A DNA stretch of 64,000 nucleotides from Pseudomonadota bacterium (GTDB lineage: Bacteria; Myxococcota; JACRCW01; JAFGSX01): NCBI GenBank assembly GCA_043821645.1, contig JBDRCO010000118.1:128001-192000 (forward strand). Direction: 5' to 3'. Both the position numbers and the translations under genes were made by a program. How positions within the stretch are numbered: position 1 is the stretch's first letter; each line of letters opens with the position of its first letter. A model generated the notes under the pieces. It was not told the origin of the DNA and searched no databases. It worked only from the letters and a program-made list of their open reading frames with translations. Positions 8,976 to 18,297 of the stretch are shown one piece after another.

Positions 8976-9866
8976 TCATCGGCACATCAGTCCGAGCAGG
9001 CGATCCAGCTCGTCCAGCGAGCTGTAGGCGATCTCGATGCTGCCCGCGCCGCGGCCCTTTTCCTTGACCACCACCCGCGTGCCCAGGGCGCGCACCAGGC
9101 GATCGGTCAGGTCGCGCAGGGCCGGGCTCATGGTCGGGCTCACCGGAGCAGTGCGCGCTGCGGGGCTGCCGGCCTTGAACAGCTTGACCCGGCGCTCGAC
9201 GTCGCGCACCGACAACTTCTTGCGCACCACCTCGCGCGCCAGGCGCTCCATCGAGGCGGGGTCCTCGAGCGCAAGCAGGGCCCGCGCATGGCCCATGCCC
9301 AGTTCGCCCTCCTGCACCTGCTGGCGCACCGAGGCAGGCAGGCGCAGCAGGCGCATGGCGTTGGCCACGGTGGTCCTGTCCTTGCCAACGCGCTGGGCGA
9401 TGGCTTCCTGGGACAGCGAGCCATCCTCTGCCAGGCGGCGATAGGCCTCGGCCTCCTCGATGGGGTTGAGGTCCTCGCGCTGCAGGTTCTCGACCAGGGC
9501 GAGCAGCAAGCTGTCGTCGGCGCTGTCGTCGCGCACCACCGCCGGGATCTCGCGCAGCCCGGCGCGCTGGGCGGCTCTCCAGCGGCGCTCACCGGCGATG
9601 AGCACGTAGTCTTCACGCTCGCGGCGCACCACCACGGGCTGCAGCAAGCCATGCTCCTTGATCGAGCTGGCGAGCTCGGCCAGGCTGGCCTCGTCGAAGT
9701 ACTGGCGCGGTTGATCGTGCGAGGCGCGCACCTTCTCGATGGGCAGGCGCAGCAGACCGCCGCTCTCGATCACCCGGGTGCTGGTGCTGGGAGGCGCCGG
9801 GATCAGGGCGCTGAGGCCACGTCCCAGGGCTGGGCGGCGCGAACGGGAGCTGCTGTCGGTGACCAT
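8976..9866 (-). CDS. parB: Chromosome partitioning protein ParB
   Basis: LGRGLSALI, QPRQYF, IAGERRWRAA, ENLQREDLNPIEEA and HTH. Confidence 0.97.
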   Translation of the reverse strand: MVTDSSSRSRRPALGRGLSALIPAPPSTSTRVIESGGLLRLPIEKVRASHDQPRQYFDEASLAELASSIKEHGLLQPVVVRREREDYVLIAGERRWRAAQRAGLREIPAVVRDDSADDSLLLALVENLQREDLNPIEEAEAYRRLAEDGSLSQEAIAQRVGKDRTTVANAMRLLRLPASVRQQVQEGELGMGHARALLALEDPASMERLAREVVRKKLSVRDVERRVKLFKAGSPAARTAPVSPTMSPALRDLTDRLVRALGTRVVVKEKGRGAGSIEIAYSSLDELDRLLGLMCR

Positions 9867-9960
9867 GGAAGTTTCCTTTCTAGCAAAGCCAGATATCCGC
9901 GAGTTCATGCCGGAGCGTCAGGTCTCGACCACGGGTCTGCGATACGGGTTGGGCCTGCCC

Positions 9961-10755
9961 TCAAGCAGCACTGGCCGCAGGAGGCGGCTCGGGCGCCAGC
10001 ATCTCCTCGGCCATCGCCAGGTAGCCCTGGGAGCCGCGCGAGGCCACGTCGTACAGGATGGCCGGGCGACCGTGACTGGGGGCCTCGGACAGGCGCACGT
10101 TGCGCGGGATGACGGTCTTGTAGACCAGGCTCGGAAAGTGCGAGCGCACCTCGCTCTCGACTTGCTGCGACAGGCTGGTGCGGCCGTCGAACATGGTGAG
10201 CAGGATGCCCAGCAGCTTGAGCTCGGGGTTGAGCGAACCGCGCACCAGGTCGATGGTGTGCAGCAGGTGGCCTAGCCCCTCGAGGGCGTAGTATTCAGCC
10301 TGCAGCGGAATGAGCACGGCATCGGCCGCGGTCAGGCTGTTGACCGTGAGCAAACCCAGGGAGGGCGGACAGTCGATGAGGATGGTGTCGTAGCGATCGT
10401 GAACCGTGGCGAGGGCGTTCTTGAGCCGTTGCTCGCGGGCAAAAGCGCTGACCAGCTCGATCTCGGCACCGATCAGGTCGGTGCTCGCGGGCACGAGGTC
10501 CAGACCAGGGACTTCGGTGTTGCGAATGACGGATTCGAGCGAGGCGGTGCCGATGAGCACGTGGTAGATGCTCTGCTCGACCTGGTCCTTGTACACGCCG
10601 TAGCCACTGGAGGCATTTCCCTGCGGGTCGAGGTCGATGACCAGCACGCGCTTACCTTTGCTGGCCAGCGAGGCACCCAGGTTGACCGCGGTGGTGGTCT
10701 TGCCAACTCCCCCTTTCTGATTAGAAATCGAAATGATCTTTGGAAGTTGGCTCAT
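9961..10755 (-). CDS. parA: Chromosome partitioning ATPase ParA/Soj
   Basis: NQKGGVGKTTT, DLDPQGNAS, IDCPPSLG, IPRNVRLSEAPSHG. Confidence 0.97.
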   Translation of the reverse strand: MSQLPKIISISNQKGGVGKTTTAVNLGASLASKGKRVLVIDLDPQGNASSGYGVYKDQVEQSIYHVLIGTASLESVIRNTEVPGLDLVPASTDLIGAEIELVSAFAREQRLKNALATVHDRYDTILIDCPPSLGLLTVNSLTAADAVLIPLQAEYYALEGLGHLLHTIDLVRGSLNPELKLLGILLTMFDGRTSLSQQVESEVRSHFPSLVYKTVIPRNVRLSEAPSHGRPAILYDVASRGSQGYLAMAEEMLAPEPPPAASAA

Positions 10756-10901
10756 GATGGCCTCCCCGCGGGATGTGAATCACGAATCCAGGTGCGCTGC
10801 CATTCTATGAATCCATCAACACGCCGTGTAAAGCCAAATCTTCCCAGGATTCGCAGGCTCGGATTCTGAAACGATTTTTGTGAACTCAGGTCGAGGCAGG
10901 T

Positions 10902-11561
10902 TCAAGCAGAGGTACATGCTTTGGCGCAGTGTCGCGCGGCGCCATCCGGTGGGAGCGAATAGACAGTCACAGAAGGCCTGTGCATCCCCACGGCCTGCAC
11001 CAGCTCGGCCCACTGCTCCTGGCTTGGTACCTCGCGGCCCAGGTACGCCAGCAGCTGGCCTCCCACGGCGAGATGACGTCTGCTCGAGAGCGCGAGTTCG
11101 GGCCAGGGGAAGGTCGCTCGCGTCAGCACGAGCTCGGCCAGAACCGGCGTCACGCTCTCAACCCGGCCCGAGACCACATCCAGCTTCAGATGCGGCAGAT
11201 GTGAGCGCAGTGCGCGCAGGAAAGAACACTTCTTGGCCACGGATTCCACCAGCACGACCCTGGTGTCGGGCCACAGAGCGGCCGCAGCGACCCCAGGCAA
11301 GCCATTGCCACTGCCCAGGTCCGCCACCAGCGAGGGCGGCGACAAGTCCAGCAGGGGCAGCAAGGAATCCAGGTAGTGTACCGACGCAGCCTGAGCGGGG
11401 TCCACCACGCGCGTCAGGTTGTGGGTGCGGTTCCACTCGAGCATGAGGGCAAAGTGAGCGGACAGGTCGTGGACGAGGGCCTCGGGGAGTTCCGGCCTCA
11501 GCTCCTGCAGGGCTGTCGCCAGCGCTTGGGGGGTCGATGTTCCACGTGAAACAGTGCCCAT
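10902..11561 (-). CDS. rsmG: 16S rRNA m7G527 methyltransferase RsmG/GidB
   Basis: WNRTHNLT, HYLDSL, DLGSGNGLPG, ESVAKKCSFL; immediately upstream of parA. Confidence 0.92.
   Translation of the reverse strand: MGTVSRGTSTPQALATALQELRPELPEALVHDLSAHFALMLEWNRTHNLTRVVDPAQAASVHYLDSLLPLLDLSPPSLVADLGSGNGLPGVAAAALWPDTRVVLVESVAKKCSFLRALRSHLPHLKLDVVSGRVESVTPVLAELVLTRATFPWPELALSSRRHLAVGGQLLAYLGREVPSQEQWAELVQAVGMHRPSVTVYSLPPDGAARHCAKACTSA
11538..11553. promoter_or_regulatory. parS centromere site
   Basis: TGTTCCACGTGAAACA matches the TGTTNCACGTGAAACA consensus; next to parAB and about 5 kb from oriC. Confidence 0.85.
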
Positions 11562-11582
11562 ATGATCACAAATCCTTAATAA

Positions 11583-12032
11583 TTAGAATAGTTTCTCGCT
11601 ATCCAGGAGGATCGTCACCGGGCCCTGGTTGACGCTTTCGACGTCCATCATGGCGCGAAAGCGGCCTGTCTCTACCCTTGGTACCACATGCCGGACCAGC
11701 CGCACGAAGTCCTCGATCAGGCTCTGTGCTTTCTCCGGTTCCAGAGCCTCGGTGAAGGACGGGCGCTTGCCGCGGCGGCAGTCGCCGAACAGGGTGAACT
11801 GGGACACCACCAGCAGCCCGCCGCCGGTGTCCACCACCGAGTGATTCATCTTGCCCTGCTCGTCTTCGAAGATGCGCAAGCCGGTGATCTTCTCGGCCAT
11901 CCACGCGGTGTCGCGCTCGGTGTCGCGCTGACCGGCCGCCAGCAGCACCAGCAAACCCTGATCGATGGCGCCCATGATCTCGCCGTCGACCCGGACCGAG
12001 GCCCGGCTGACTCTCTGCACCACGCTGCGCAT
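11583..12032 (-). CDS. dtd: D-aminoacyl-tRNA deacylase
   Basis: [25 protein letters not shown]. Confidence 0.96.
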   Translation of the reverse strand: MRSVVQRVSRASVRVDGEIMGAIDQGLLVLLAAGQRDTERDTAWMAEKITGLRIFEDEQGKMNHSVVDTGGGLLVVSQFTLFGDCRRGKRPSFTEALEPEKAQSLIEDFVRLVRHVVPRVETGRFRAMMDVESVNQGPVTILLDSEKLF

Positions 12033-12260
12033 GCGAACTCCGGCTTTTGTCGCGCTCCAAGGACCGCTTTCGTCTCTCGCTGCACTCCTTGAAAGCAGGT
12101 CGTCTGCGCGCCGTCAATGGACGTGCAGCGCACCCGTGCAGAGCTGCAAAGGATGCGACGGCGTTCTCGTTGTCGTCGGGGCCACGAAGGATTCGCAGCG
12201 ACGGCGCAGGCAACCTGCTTGTGGATTCGGACGATACTTGCTAGCGTGTTCGAGACATAG

Positions 12261-12450
12261 CCTGCAGGTGCCAGATGGATGGGTTGCCATCTGGTGAAAA
12301 GGGAAGCCGGTCCAAGTCCGGCGCGGTCCCGCCGCTGTAGGTGGAGAGCCTGTTCCGACACGCCACTCGCGCTCGTCGTGGGGAAGGCAGGAACAGGCAG
12401 GTCTGGCGGAAGCTGGGCCTGCTCCACAAGCCAGAAGACCTGCCCGCAGG
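12261..12450 (+). ncRNA. Cobalamin riboswitch
   Basis: CAGGTGCC...TGAAAAGGGAA-GCCGG-TCCAAGT-CCGGC-GCGGTCCCGCCGCTGTA...GCCACT...GGGAAGGC...AAGCCAGAAGACCTGCC (B12 box), directly upstream of a TonB-dependent receptor. Confidence 0.93.
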
Positions 12451-12521
12451 AAGTGCCGCGACGTCGCAAGGGAAGACGCTGCGGACGCTAACTGCCTCTC
12501 CGCGAGAGAGAGGAAGGTTAG

Positions 12522-14564
12522 GTGGTGAAGAGCCGCCTGCACTCCATCTCTGCGGTGGCTGGATTCATCCTTGCCACCGTGGGGTTCGTGAGCACGCCCG
12601 TGCGGGTACTGGCGCAGGATGCGTCCGCGCCGAGTTCTGCGTCTTCGTCTTCGTCCACGGACCCGCCTGAAAAAAGCTTTGCGGACGACGAGCTGTCGGC
12701 CGAGGAATGGGCCGAGGTCGAGGCGGCCGAGGCCTACGTGGTCGAGGCCAGGGCGCCCGAATTGCCCGAGCCGGGTGTGCAGGTCGACCTCGAAGCCGAG
12801 TCTTACAGCCAGGACCTGGCGAGTAGCCTGGATGCCGCGCCCGGAGCGCGGGCGGTTCGCTCGGGGGGCTTGCTGGCGCCGGCGGAGCTGCGGGTGCGCG
12901 GGTTGGGTGGCTCGAGGCTGCGCATCGTGCTCGACGGTGTGCCGCTGGACGACCCGGCCGGTGGCCAGGTGGACCTGGCAGACCTGGACAGCGAGCTGCT
13001 CGAGCGGGCCACCTTGTTGCGCGGTCCAGAGGCCGGGACCCTGGCGCCCGGTGCCCTGGCCGGAGCCCTGGACCTGCGCACGGCGAGGCCAGCGGCAGGC
13101 TTTCACGCGCGCTTGCGCAGTGCCCTGGGCAGCGAGCAGACGGCCTTGCTGGCGAGCCGGGCGAGCTATGGTTTCGACAATGGCGCCGTGGGCCTGGCGC
13201 TCCGCCTTGGCAGCAGTGTTGGAGATTTCGGTTACAGATCGGTCAGTTTTGGCGGCGACTCGGCCCTGGTAGGGGACGCTCAGCAGCGCTTCAACAACGA
13301 TCAAAGGCGCGCCAGCGTCACCGCCACTGCGCAGTACGATCAGGAGCCGGTGAGTACCCGGCTGCTGGCGCAGGCCTCGCGCCACGAGGGTGGGCTGGCC
13401 GGGCTGAGCGGTCACCCCACGCCGCGCGCGCGCTTCGCGTCGGAGTCGCAGCTGCTGGGCTCGCGCAGTCTGCTGTTCACCTCCCTCGCCATGCTGTCGC
13501 TGGAGCTGTCGGGCCGGCTACGCCGCGAGCGCTACGCACAACCCGAGGGGCTGGCGCCGCTGGCCACGGACACGCGGCTGCAGAGTCTGCGCGCCCACCT
13601 GGCAGCGAGTCAGGAGCGGCTGCTGGGCTTCATCGACACCAGTCTGGCGCTGGAGTCGAGCTACGCCGCGGCGCAGGTTCGGTCCGGGGACAGAGCCTCG
13701 GGTGTGGGCGTGGCCAACAGCGAGGTGTTCACCGAGGCCGATCGCCTGAGCGGTGCAGGCTTGTGGCGCGGCAGGGCCAGCCTGCTCGACAAGCGCCTGG
13801 CCGTGGACCTGGGGCTGCGCGTGGACGCCCTGTCCGACCTCGGCGTGGAGCCCTCGGCCTCGATGCGGCTGTCCGCCGCGGTGGTCAAGGGGCTGGTGCT
13901 CGAGGGCTACGTGGGGCGGGCGTTCAGGCCACCTACTTTTCTGGAGCTGCACGGACCTCCCTCGGGCTACGTGCGCTCCAATCCCGAGCTCAGACCCGAG
14001 GACGGCATCGAAGGTGGGCTGGTGCTGCGGGGCCAGGGCCCGCGGTTGCACGCCGAGCTGGCGCTGTTCGGCGCACGCCTCGACAACACCATTGTGTATC
14101 TCAATCGCAATGCCTACGAGGTGCGGCCGGAGAACGCTGGTGCGCTGTGGCGCGGCGGCGGCGAGGGGGTGGTGGCGGTACAGGCCACGCCCTGGTGGAC
14201 CCACAGCGCCTCGGCGGAGCTGCTGCTCAGCCGGATGGATGTGACCGGGGCCGCGCTGCCGGCCACGCCGACCCTGGTGCTGCAGCAGCGCTCGGAGCTC
14301 AGGTTCGACGGACTGTGGCGACGGGTGCCGCTGCGCGCTTTTGCCGACCTGAGGGTGCACAGCGAGACCGCCAGCAACCTGCACGGTGAGCTGCGCGTGC
14401 CGGCGCAGGCGGCGATCGATGCCGGGGCCGCGTGGGTGGTGGCACCCTGGGGCTCGCTGTCGGTCGAGGTGCACAACCTGCTCGATACCCAGACGCGGGT
14501 GGACCTGCGGCAAGTGCCGCTGCCCGGGCGCCAGTTCCTGGTGACCCTGGTGCTGGGGGTGTGA
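12522..14564 (+). CDS. btuB: TonB-dependent outer-membrane receptor, probable cobalamin transporter (BtuB-like)
   Basis: Signal peptide; plug motifs RVRGLGG...VLDGVPL...LLRGP...GALAG; RAFRPPTFLEL...NPELRPE; NLLD...PGR; riboswitch upstream. Confidence 0.85.
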   Translation: MVKSRLHSISAVAGFILATVGFVSTPVRVLAQDASAPSSASSSSSTDPPEKSFADDELSAEEWAEVEAAEAYVVEARAPELPEPGVQVDLEAESYSQDLASSLDAAPGARAVRSGGLLAPAELRVRGLGGSRLRIVLDGVPLDDPAGGQVDLADLDSELLERATLLRGPEAGTLAPGALAGALDLRTARPAAGFHARLRSALGSEQTALLASRASYGFDNGAVGLALRLGSSVGDFGYRSVSFGGDSALVGDAQQRFNNDQRRASVTATAQYDQEPVSTRLLAQASRHEGGLAGLSGHPTPRARFASESQLLGSRSLLFTSLAMLSLELSGRLRRERYAQPEGLAPLATDTRLQSLRAHLAASQERLLGFIDTSLALESSYAAAQVRSGDRASGVGVANSEVFTEADRLSGAGLWRGRASLLDKRLAVDLGLRVDALSDLGVEPSASMRLSAAVVKGLVLEGYVGRAFRPPTFLELHGPPSGYVRSNPELRPEDGIEGGLVLRGQGPRLHAELALFGARLDNTIVYLNRNAYEVRPENAGALWRGGGEGVVAVQATPWWTHSASAELLLSRMDVTGAALPATPTLVLQQRSELRFDGLWRRVPLRAFADLRVHSETASNLHGELRVPAQAAIDAGAAWVVAPWGSLSVEVHNLLDTQTRVDLRQVPLPGRQFLVTLVLGV

Positions 14565-14565
14565 G

Positions 14566-16158
14566 GTGACAGCGATGCCAGGGCAATGCAACAGGTCGAA
14601 GATGGGGCTCGCACCGCTCGTGCTGGCGCTCGCGCTGGGCCGCTGCGAGTGCCCGCAGGTCCCCGAGCCACCACCGGGGATACCCGACGGGCCGGTGAGC
14701 TGGTCCTATATTGCGGTGGGGGCGGACGGTGCACAGGGGCGGGCGCGCGGCTTTGATGGCGCGGTACCGGTGGGTGCGAGCATCGAGGTGCTGGATGGCG
14801 CCGAGCTGCTCGGGGTCGCAAGTCCTGACTCAAGAGGTCGTTTTGATTTAGCTTTCAGACCACCCGAGGCGGCCAAAGTGACGCTGCGGGTGACCCTGGC
14901 CGAGGCTGAGGCCGAGCCGCTGAGCCTGGAGTTTCCGCTCAAGGATATGCAGCAGGCGCTGGACGCGGCGGTGAATCCGCGCCTCGGGGCGACCGGCTCC
15001 ATGCCCAATCACCTGGCCCTGGTGCCAGCCCTGGCGAGCGCCGACGACGTGCCTGTGCTCATCGTCAACAGCGGCGACAACAACGTGGACAACCTGGGTC
15101 TGAGCAGCGGCCGCCGGCTACTGCAGCCGCTGAGCTTGCCCGCGCAATCCGGCAGTGGGGGCCCCCGGCCGGCCCAGCCCTACGCCGTGGCGGTGCTCGA
15201 TCAGCGGGCCGCGGTGACGCGCTTCGGGCAATCGGCGGTCACCCTGTTCAACGCCGCCACCGGTGCGGTGCTGGCCGAGATACAGGAGACCCAGGCGGTG
15301 GCGCTGCCGCAGCCTTTCACCCCGGCCACGCCGGTCGATGCCGATGGCGATGGCACGCCCGAAAGCGTGGTCACGGCCATCCTGCCGCGCGGCTTCGAGG
15401 GCCTGGCCTTTGCGGGCAGCCGCCTGTTCGTGGCCGCGGCCAACGTGCTGCGCACCACCGCGCCGGTGGTCTACGCGCCGGGCCTGCTGCTGGCTTACGA
15501 GGTGGGCGCGACCAGCCTGAGCCGGCCTGCGGCGCCGCGGGTGTTCACGGCGTTTGAAAACCCGCAGTTCGTGCTCGGCCTCGGCGATGCGGTGGCGGTG
15601 GTGGAGAGCGGCGTGCTCGAGCAGACCGCCCAGGGCTGGCAGGCCACCCGCGATGGCGGGGTGGAGCTGTTCGACGCGGCGACCCTGCAGCGGCGCTGGC
15701 AAGCCAATCTGGGTCGGCTGGCTCCGGGCGCCGTGGCGCTCTCGCCCGACGGTCAGAGCCTGTACGTGTCGAGCATGCTCAAGCCCGAGATCTACAAGCT
15801 CGATGTGGCCAGCGGCCAGATCCTGCGCGGCGCCAGCGATCCCATCCGGCTGTTCTCGGCGAGCGAGGTGCAGTCGCTGTTCGGCCTCGAGGCGCATCCC
15901 ATGGGGCTGCTGTTCGCCACCTGCTTCAACAGCGACCAGGTCTTTGTCGTCGATACCGCAAACGACAGCGTGTCGCCCTGGCCCTTTGTCAAACCGCTGC
16001 AGGTGGGCGAGGGCGGCCAGGCCTTTGCCGGGGCCCAGGCCCTGGCGCTGCGCCCCGGGCGCAACGGAGTGGACTTCAGGGGTGCCGACCTGGCGGTGCT
16101 GCTCAACCTGGCTGCGCGCGTGGCGACGGTGGACACGCGCTTTGTGATGGGGCCGTGA
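14566..16158 (+). CDS. Putative lipoprotein with Ig-like N-terminus and YncE/YVTN-like beta-propeller
   Basis: Hydrophobic LVLALALGRC; blade-like segments (PGAVALSPDGQSLYVSS, LLFATCFNSDQVFVVDT). True start may be 14575 or 14602. Confidence 0.65.
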   Translation: MTAMPGQCNRSKMGLAPLVLALALGRCECPQVPEPPPGIPDGPVSWSYIAVGADGAQGRARGFDGAVPVGASIEVLDGAELLGVASPDSRGRFDLAFRPPEAAKVTLRVTLAEAEAEPLSLEFPLKDMQQALDAAVNPRLGATGSMPNHLALVPALASADDVPVLIVNSGDNNVDNLGLSSGRRLLQPLSLPAQSGSGGPRPAQPYAVAVLDQRAAVTRFGQSAVTLFNAATGAVLAEIQETQAVALPQPFTPATPVDADGDGTPESVVTAILPRGFEGLAFAGSRLFVAAANVLRTTAPVVYAPGLLLAYEVGATSLSRPAAPRVFTAFENPQFVLGLGDAVAVVESGVLEQTAQGWQATRDGGVELFDAATLQRRWQANLGRLAPGAVALSPDGQSLYVSSMLKPEIYKLDVASGQILRGASDPIRLFSASEVQSLFGLEAHPMGLLFATCFNSDQVFVVDTANDSVSPWPFVKPLQVGEGGQAFAGAQALALRPGRNGVDFRGADLAVLLNLAARVATVDTRFVMGP

Positions 16159-16216
16159 CGACGGGAAACAGGGTGTCTCTGCGCACGCTTCACGAGTAAA
16201 AAAGGAGAAGGGGACC

Positions 16217-17068
16217 ATGAAGATCCAGAGCTGTGGGACGATGGTGGTGGCGCTGGCAGTGGCCATGACGACGGGCTGTCCGACCGATCTGTGCGGCGAC
16301 AAGAGCTGCGGTGATCATGGAAGCTGCGACGCGGAGACCGGGGAGTGCGCCTGCGACACACAATGGACTGGCGCGCTGTGCGACACCGAGGAGCCGCTCG
16401 AGATCATCGGCAGCTACGTCGACGACTGGGGCTTTGATCACGAGATCACCCAGGCCAGCTGGGTGAACATGGGCTCGACCTTTCATACCTCGCAGTACTC
16501 CAATGCCGAGGACTGGCTGGTGGCGCACAACGATGCCGCCAACACCTACAACCCCGACCTGTGGAGCCGCTTCGACTGGACCCACAGCAGCGGTCAGCTC
16601 TACTACTGCCAGAGCGCCTTCGACGCTGCCAGCGAACAGGCCGCGCTCGCCGTCACCCCGGCCAACAGCGGCGACCTCAGCACGGGCTGTGGCGGCTACG
16701 CCTGGTCCACCCTCAGCGAGCCTCTGGCCATTCGCGGCACCTACGTCGACGACTACACCCTGGTGCACGAGATCAGCCAGACCGCCTGGGTCATGCCCGG
16801 CTCGCCCTCGGACAGCGTGTTTCACATCAGCCAGTTCTCCAATGCCGGCGAGTTCGTGATCGCCCACAACGATGCCGCCAACCCCTACAGTGCAGACTTG
16901 TGGAGCCGCTTCGACTGGACCCACGACAGCGCCAGCGACCTGTACTACTGCCAGATCGTGTATGAGGCGGCCGACGAGAACGCGGCTCTGGCCGCCAGCG
17001 GTGCCAACCGCAGCGACCTGAGCACCGGCTGCAACAACTTCAGCTGGTCCAAGTTGACCCCGCAGTGA
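16217..17068 (+). CDS. Lipoprotein with EGF-like domain and two tandem ~110-aa repeats
   Basis: AAGGAG SD; signal ending AMTTGC; CGDHGSC...CACDTQWTGALC; duplicated AHNDAAN.Y..DLWSRFDWT...LYYCQ. Confidence 0.8.
   Translation: MKIQSCGTMVVALAVAMTTGCPTDLCGDKSCGDHGSCDAETGECACDTQWTGALCDTEEPLEIIGSYVDDWGFDHEITQASWVNMGSTFHTSQYSNAEDWLVAHNDAANTYNPDLWSRFDWTHSSGQLYYCQSAFDAASEQAALAVTPANSGDLSTGCGGYAWSTLSEPLAIRGTYVDDYTLVHEISQTAWVMPGSPSDSVFHISQFSNAGEFVIAHNDAANPYSADLWSRFDWTHDSASDLYYCQIVYEAADENAALAASGANRSDLSTGCNNFSWSKLTPQ
16391..17062 (+). repeat. Intragenic tandem duplication (units 16391-16717 and 16718-17062)
   Basis: Both units share TGGAGCCGCTTCGACTGGACCCAC, CACAACGATGCCGCCAAC and TACTACTGCCAG. Confidence 0.9.
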
Positions 17069-18297
17069 CGAGGGCATCGACAGCGCACGGGAGCGGCGGA
17101 GGCTTGGGGGCTCTGCTGAGTCTGTTGCTGGCCTGCACGCCAGGCCCCGAGCCGGGTTCCGACACCGGGGAGGTCTCCCAGGATGGCGGGGGCGTTGACG
17201 TCGGGAGCCAGGACGCCCAGGTGGATGCAGGGATGCCCTGGCGCCCCGAGGCCTCGGATTGCGCTGAGACCCTGGACAGGCTGAGCCTGAGCGCGAGTCA
17301 GCAGCAGCGCACCCTGCGCCTGGCGGACCAGGAGGTGCTGCACGCGAGCACGGACAGCCCCGCGGTGCTGGACCTGGCCATGATCGATGGGCAGCTCGCA
17401 CTGCGCGCCCTGGGTTCGGGCCACGCCACCGTGCACCTGGAGGGGGCCACGGCTTCGCAGCAGGTGCTGGTCGAGGTGACGGCGCAGCCCACGCCCTTCG
17501 GGCAGCGCGTGGTCGAGGTGCAGTACGGCACCAGCGCGGGCTTTGGACAGGGCGACATGCCCGCCATCGTGCTCGGACCGCCTCGCGGAGGTGGTGCCCA
17601 GGCCGGTTCTCTCGACGTGGTGGCGCTGGGGGTGGGCGGCCACATCACCCTCGAGCTCGGCGTCGATCTCGCAGACGGGCCCGGGCCCGACCTGATCGTG
17701 TTCGAGAACGCCTTTGTCGACGCGCTCAGCGGTGAGGTCAGCTACGTGGAGCCGGCGCAGGTGGCCGTTTCGACGGACGGAACGACCTTTGTCGATTTCC
17801 CCTGTGATCCACTGCCACCGCACGCAGGCTGCGCCGGGCTGGCACCGGTGCTGGCGCATCCGCTGTGGCCGGTGGATGCCACGGATCCGGCGAGCGCCGG
17901 CGGCGACGCCTTTGACCTCGCCAGCCTGGGCCTCGAGCGCGCGCGCTATGTGCGCATCACCGACGTCAGTCCGACCAGCGCGGGCGGCATCGCGGCGGGC
18001 TTCGACCTGGACGCGGTGGTCGCGGTGCACGGCGTGCCCCGGGGGCGTGTCGCCCTGATCGGTCCGGCCACCCTGCGGATGAACCCGGACTCCAGCGCGA
18101 CCCCGCGGCTGGATCTGCGCGGGCCCGAGCAAAGCCTGTTCGGTGTGCGCACCCACTGCGCGCTCGACGATCTGGCCGTGGCCACCCTGGAGTGCGACTG
18201 CACGCTGCGGGCGCGGTCGACCGGACACACGATCCTGCGCGCGCGGCTGGGCACGCTGTCAACGACGATCGCCGTCGAGGTGGTGGCCGGACCATGA
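17065..18297 (+). CDS. Cell-surface lipoprotein (beta-sandwich core flanked by Ig-like segments)
   Basis: GTGA coupling to the previous gene; lipobox LLLAC; core VVALGVGGHITL...DLIVFENAF...EPAQVAVS...GGDAFDL...RYVRITD...GFDLDAV. Confidence 0.75.
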   Translation: MTRASTAHGSGGGLGALLSLLLACTPGPEPGSDTGEVSQDGGGVDVGSQDAQVDAGMPWRPEASDCAETLDRLSLSASQQQRTLRLADQEVLHASTDSPAVLDLAMIDGQLALRALGSGHATVHLEGATASQQVLVEVTAQPTPFGQRVVEVQYGTSAGFGQGDMPAIVLGPPRGGGAQAGSLDVVALGVGGHITLELGVDLADGPGPDLIVFENAFVDALSGEVSYVEPAQVAVSTDGTTFVDFPCDPLPPHAGCAGLAPVLAHPLWPVDATDPASAGGDAFDLASLGLERARYVRITDVSPTSAGGIAAGFDLDAVVAVHGVPRGRVALIGPATLRMNPDSSATPRLDLRGPEQSLFGVRTHCALDDLAVATLECDCTLRARSTGHTILRARLGTLSTTIAVEVVAGP

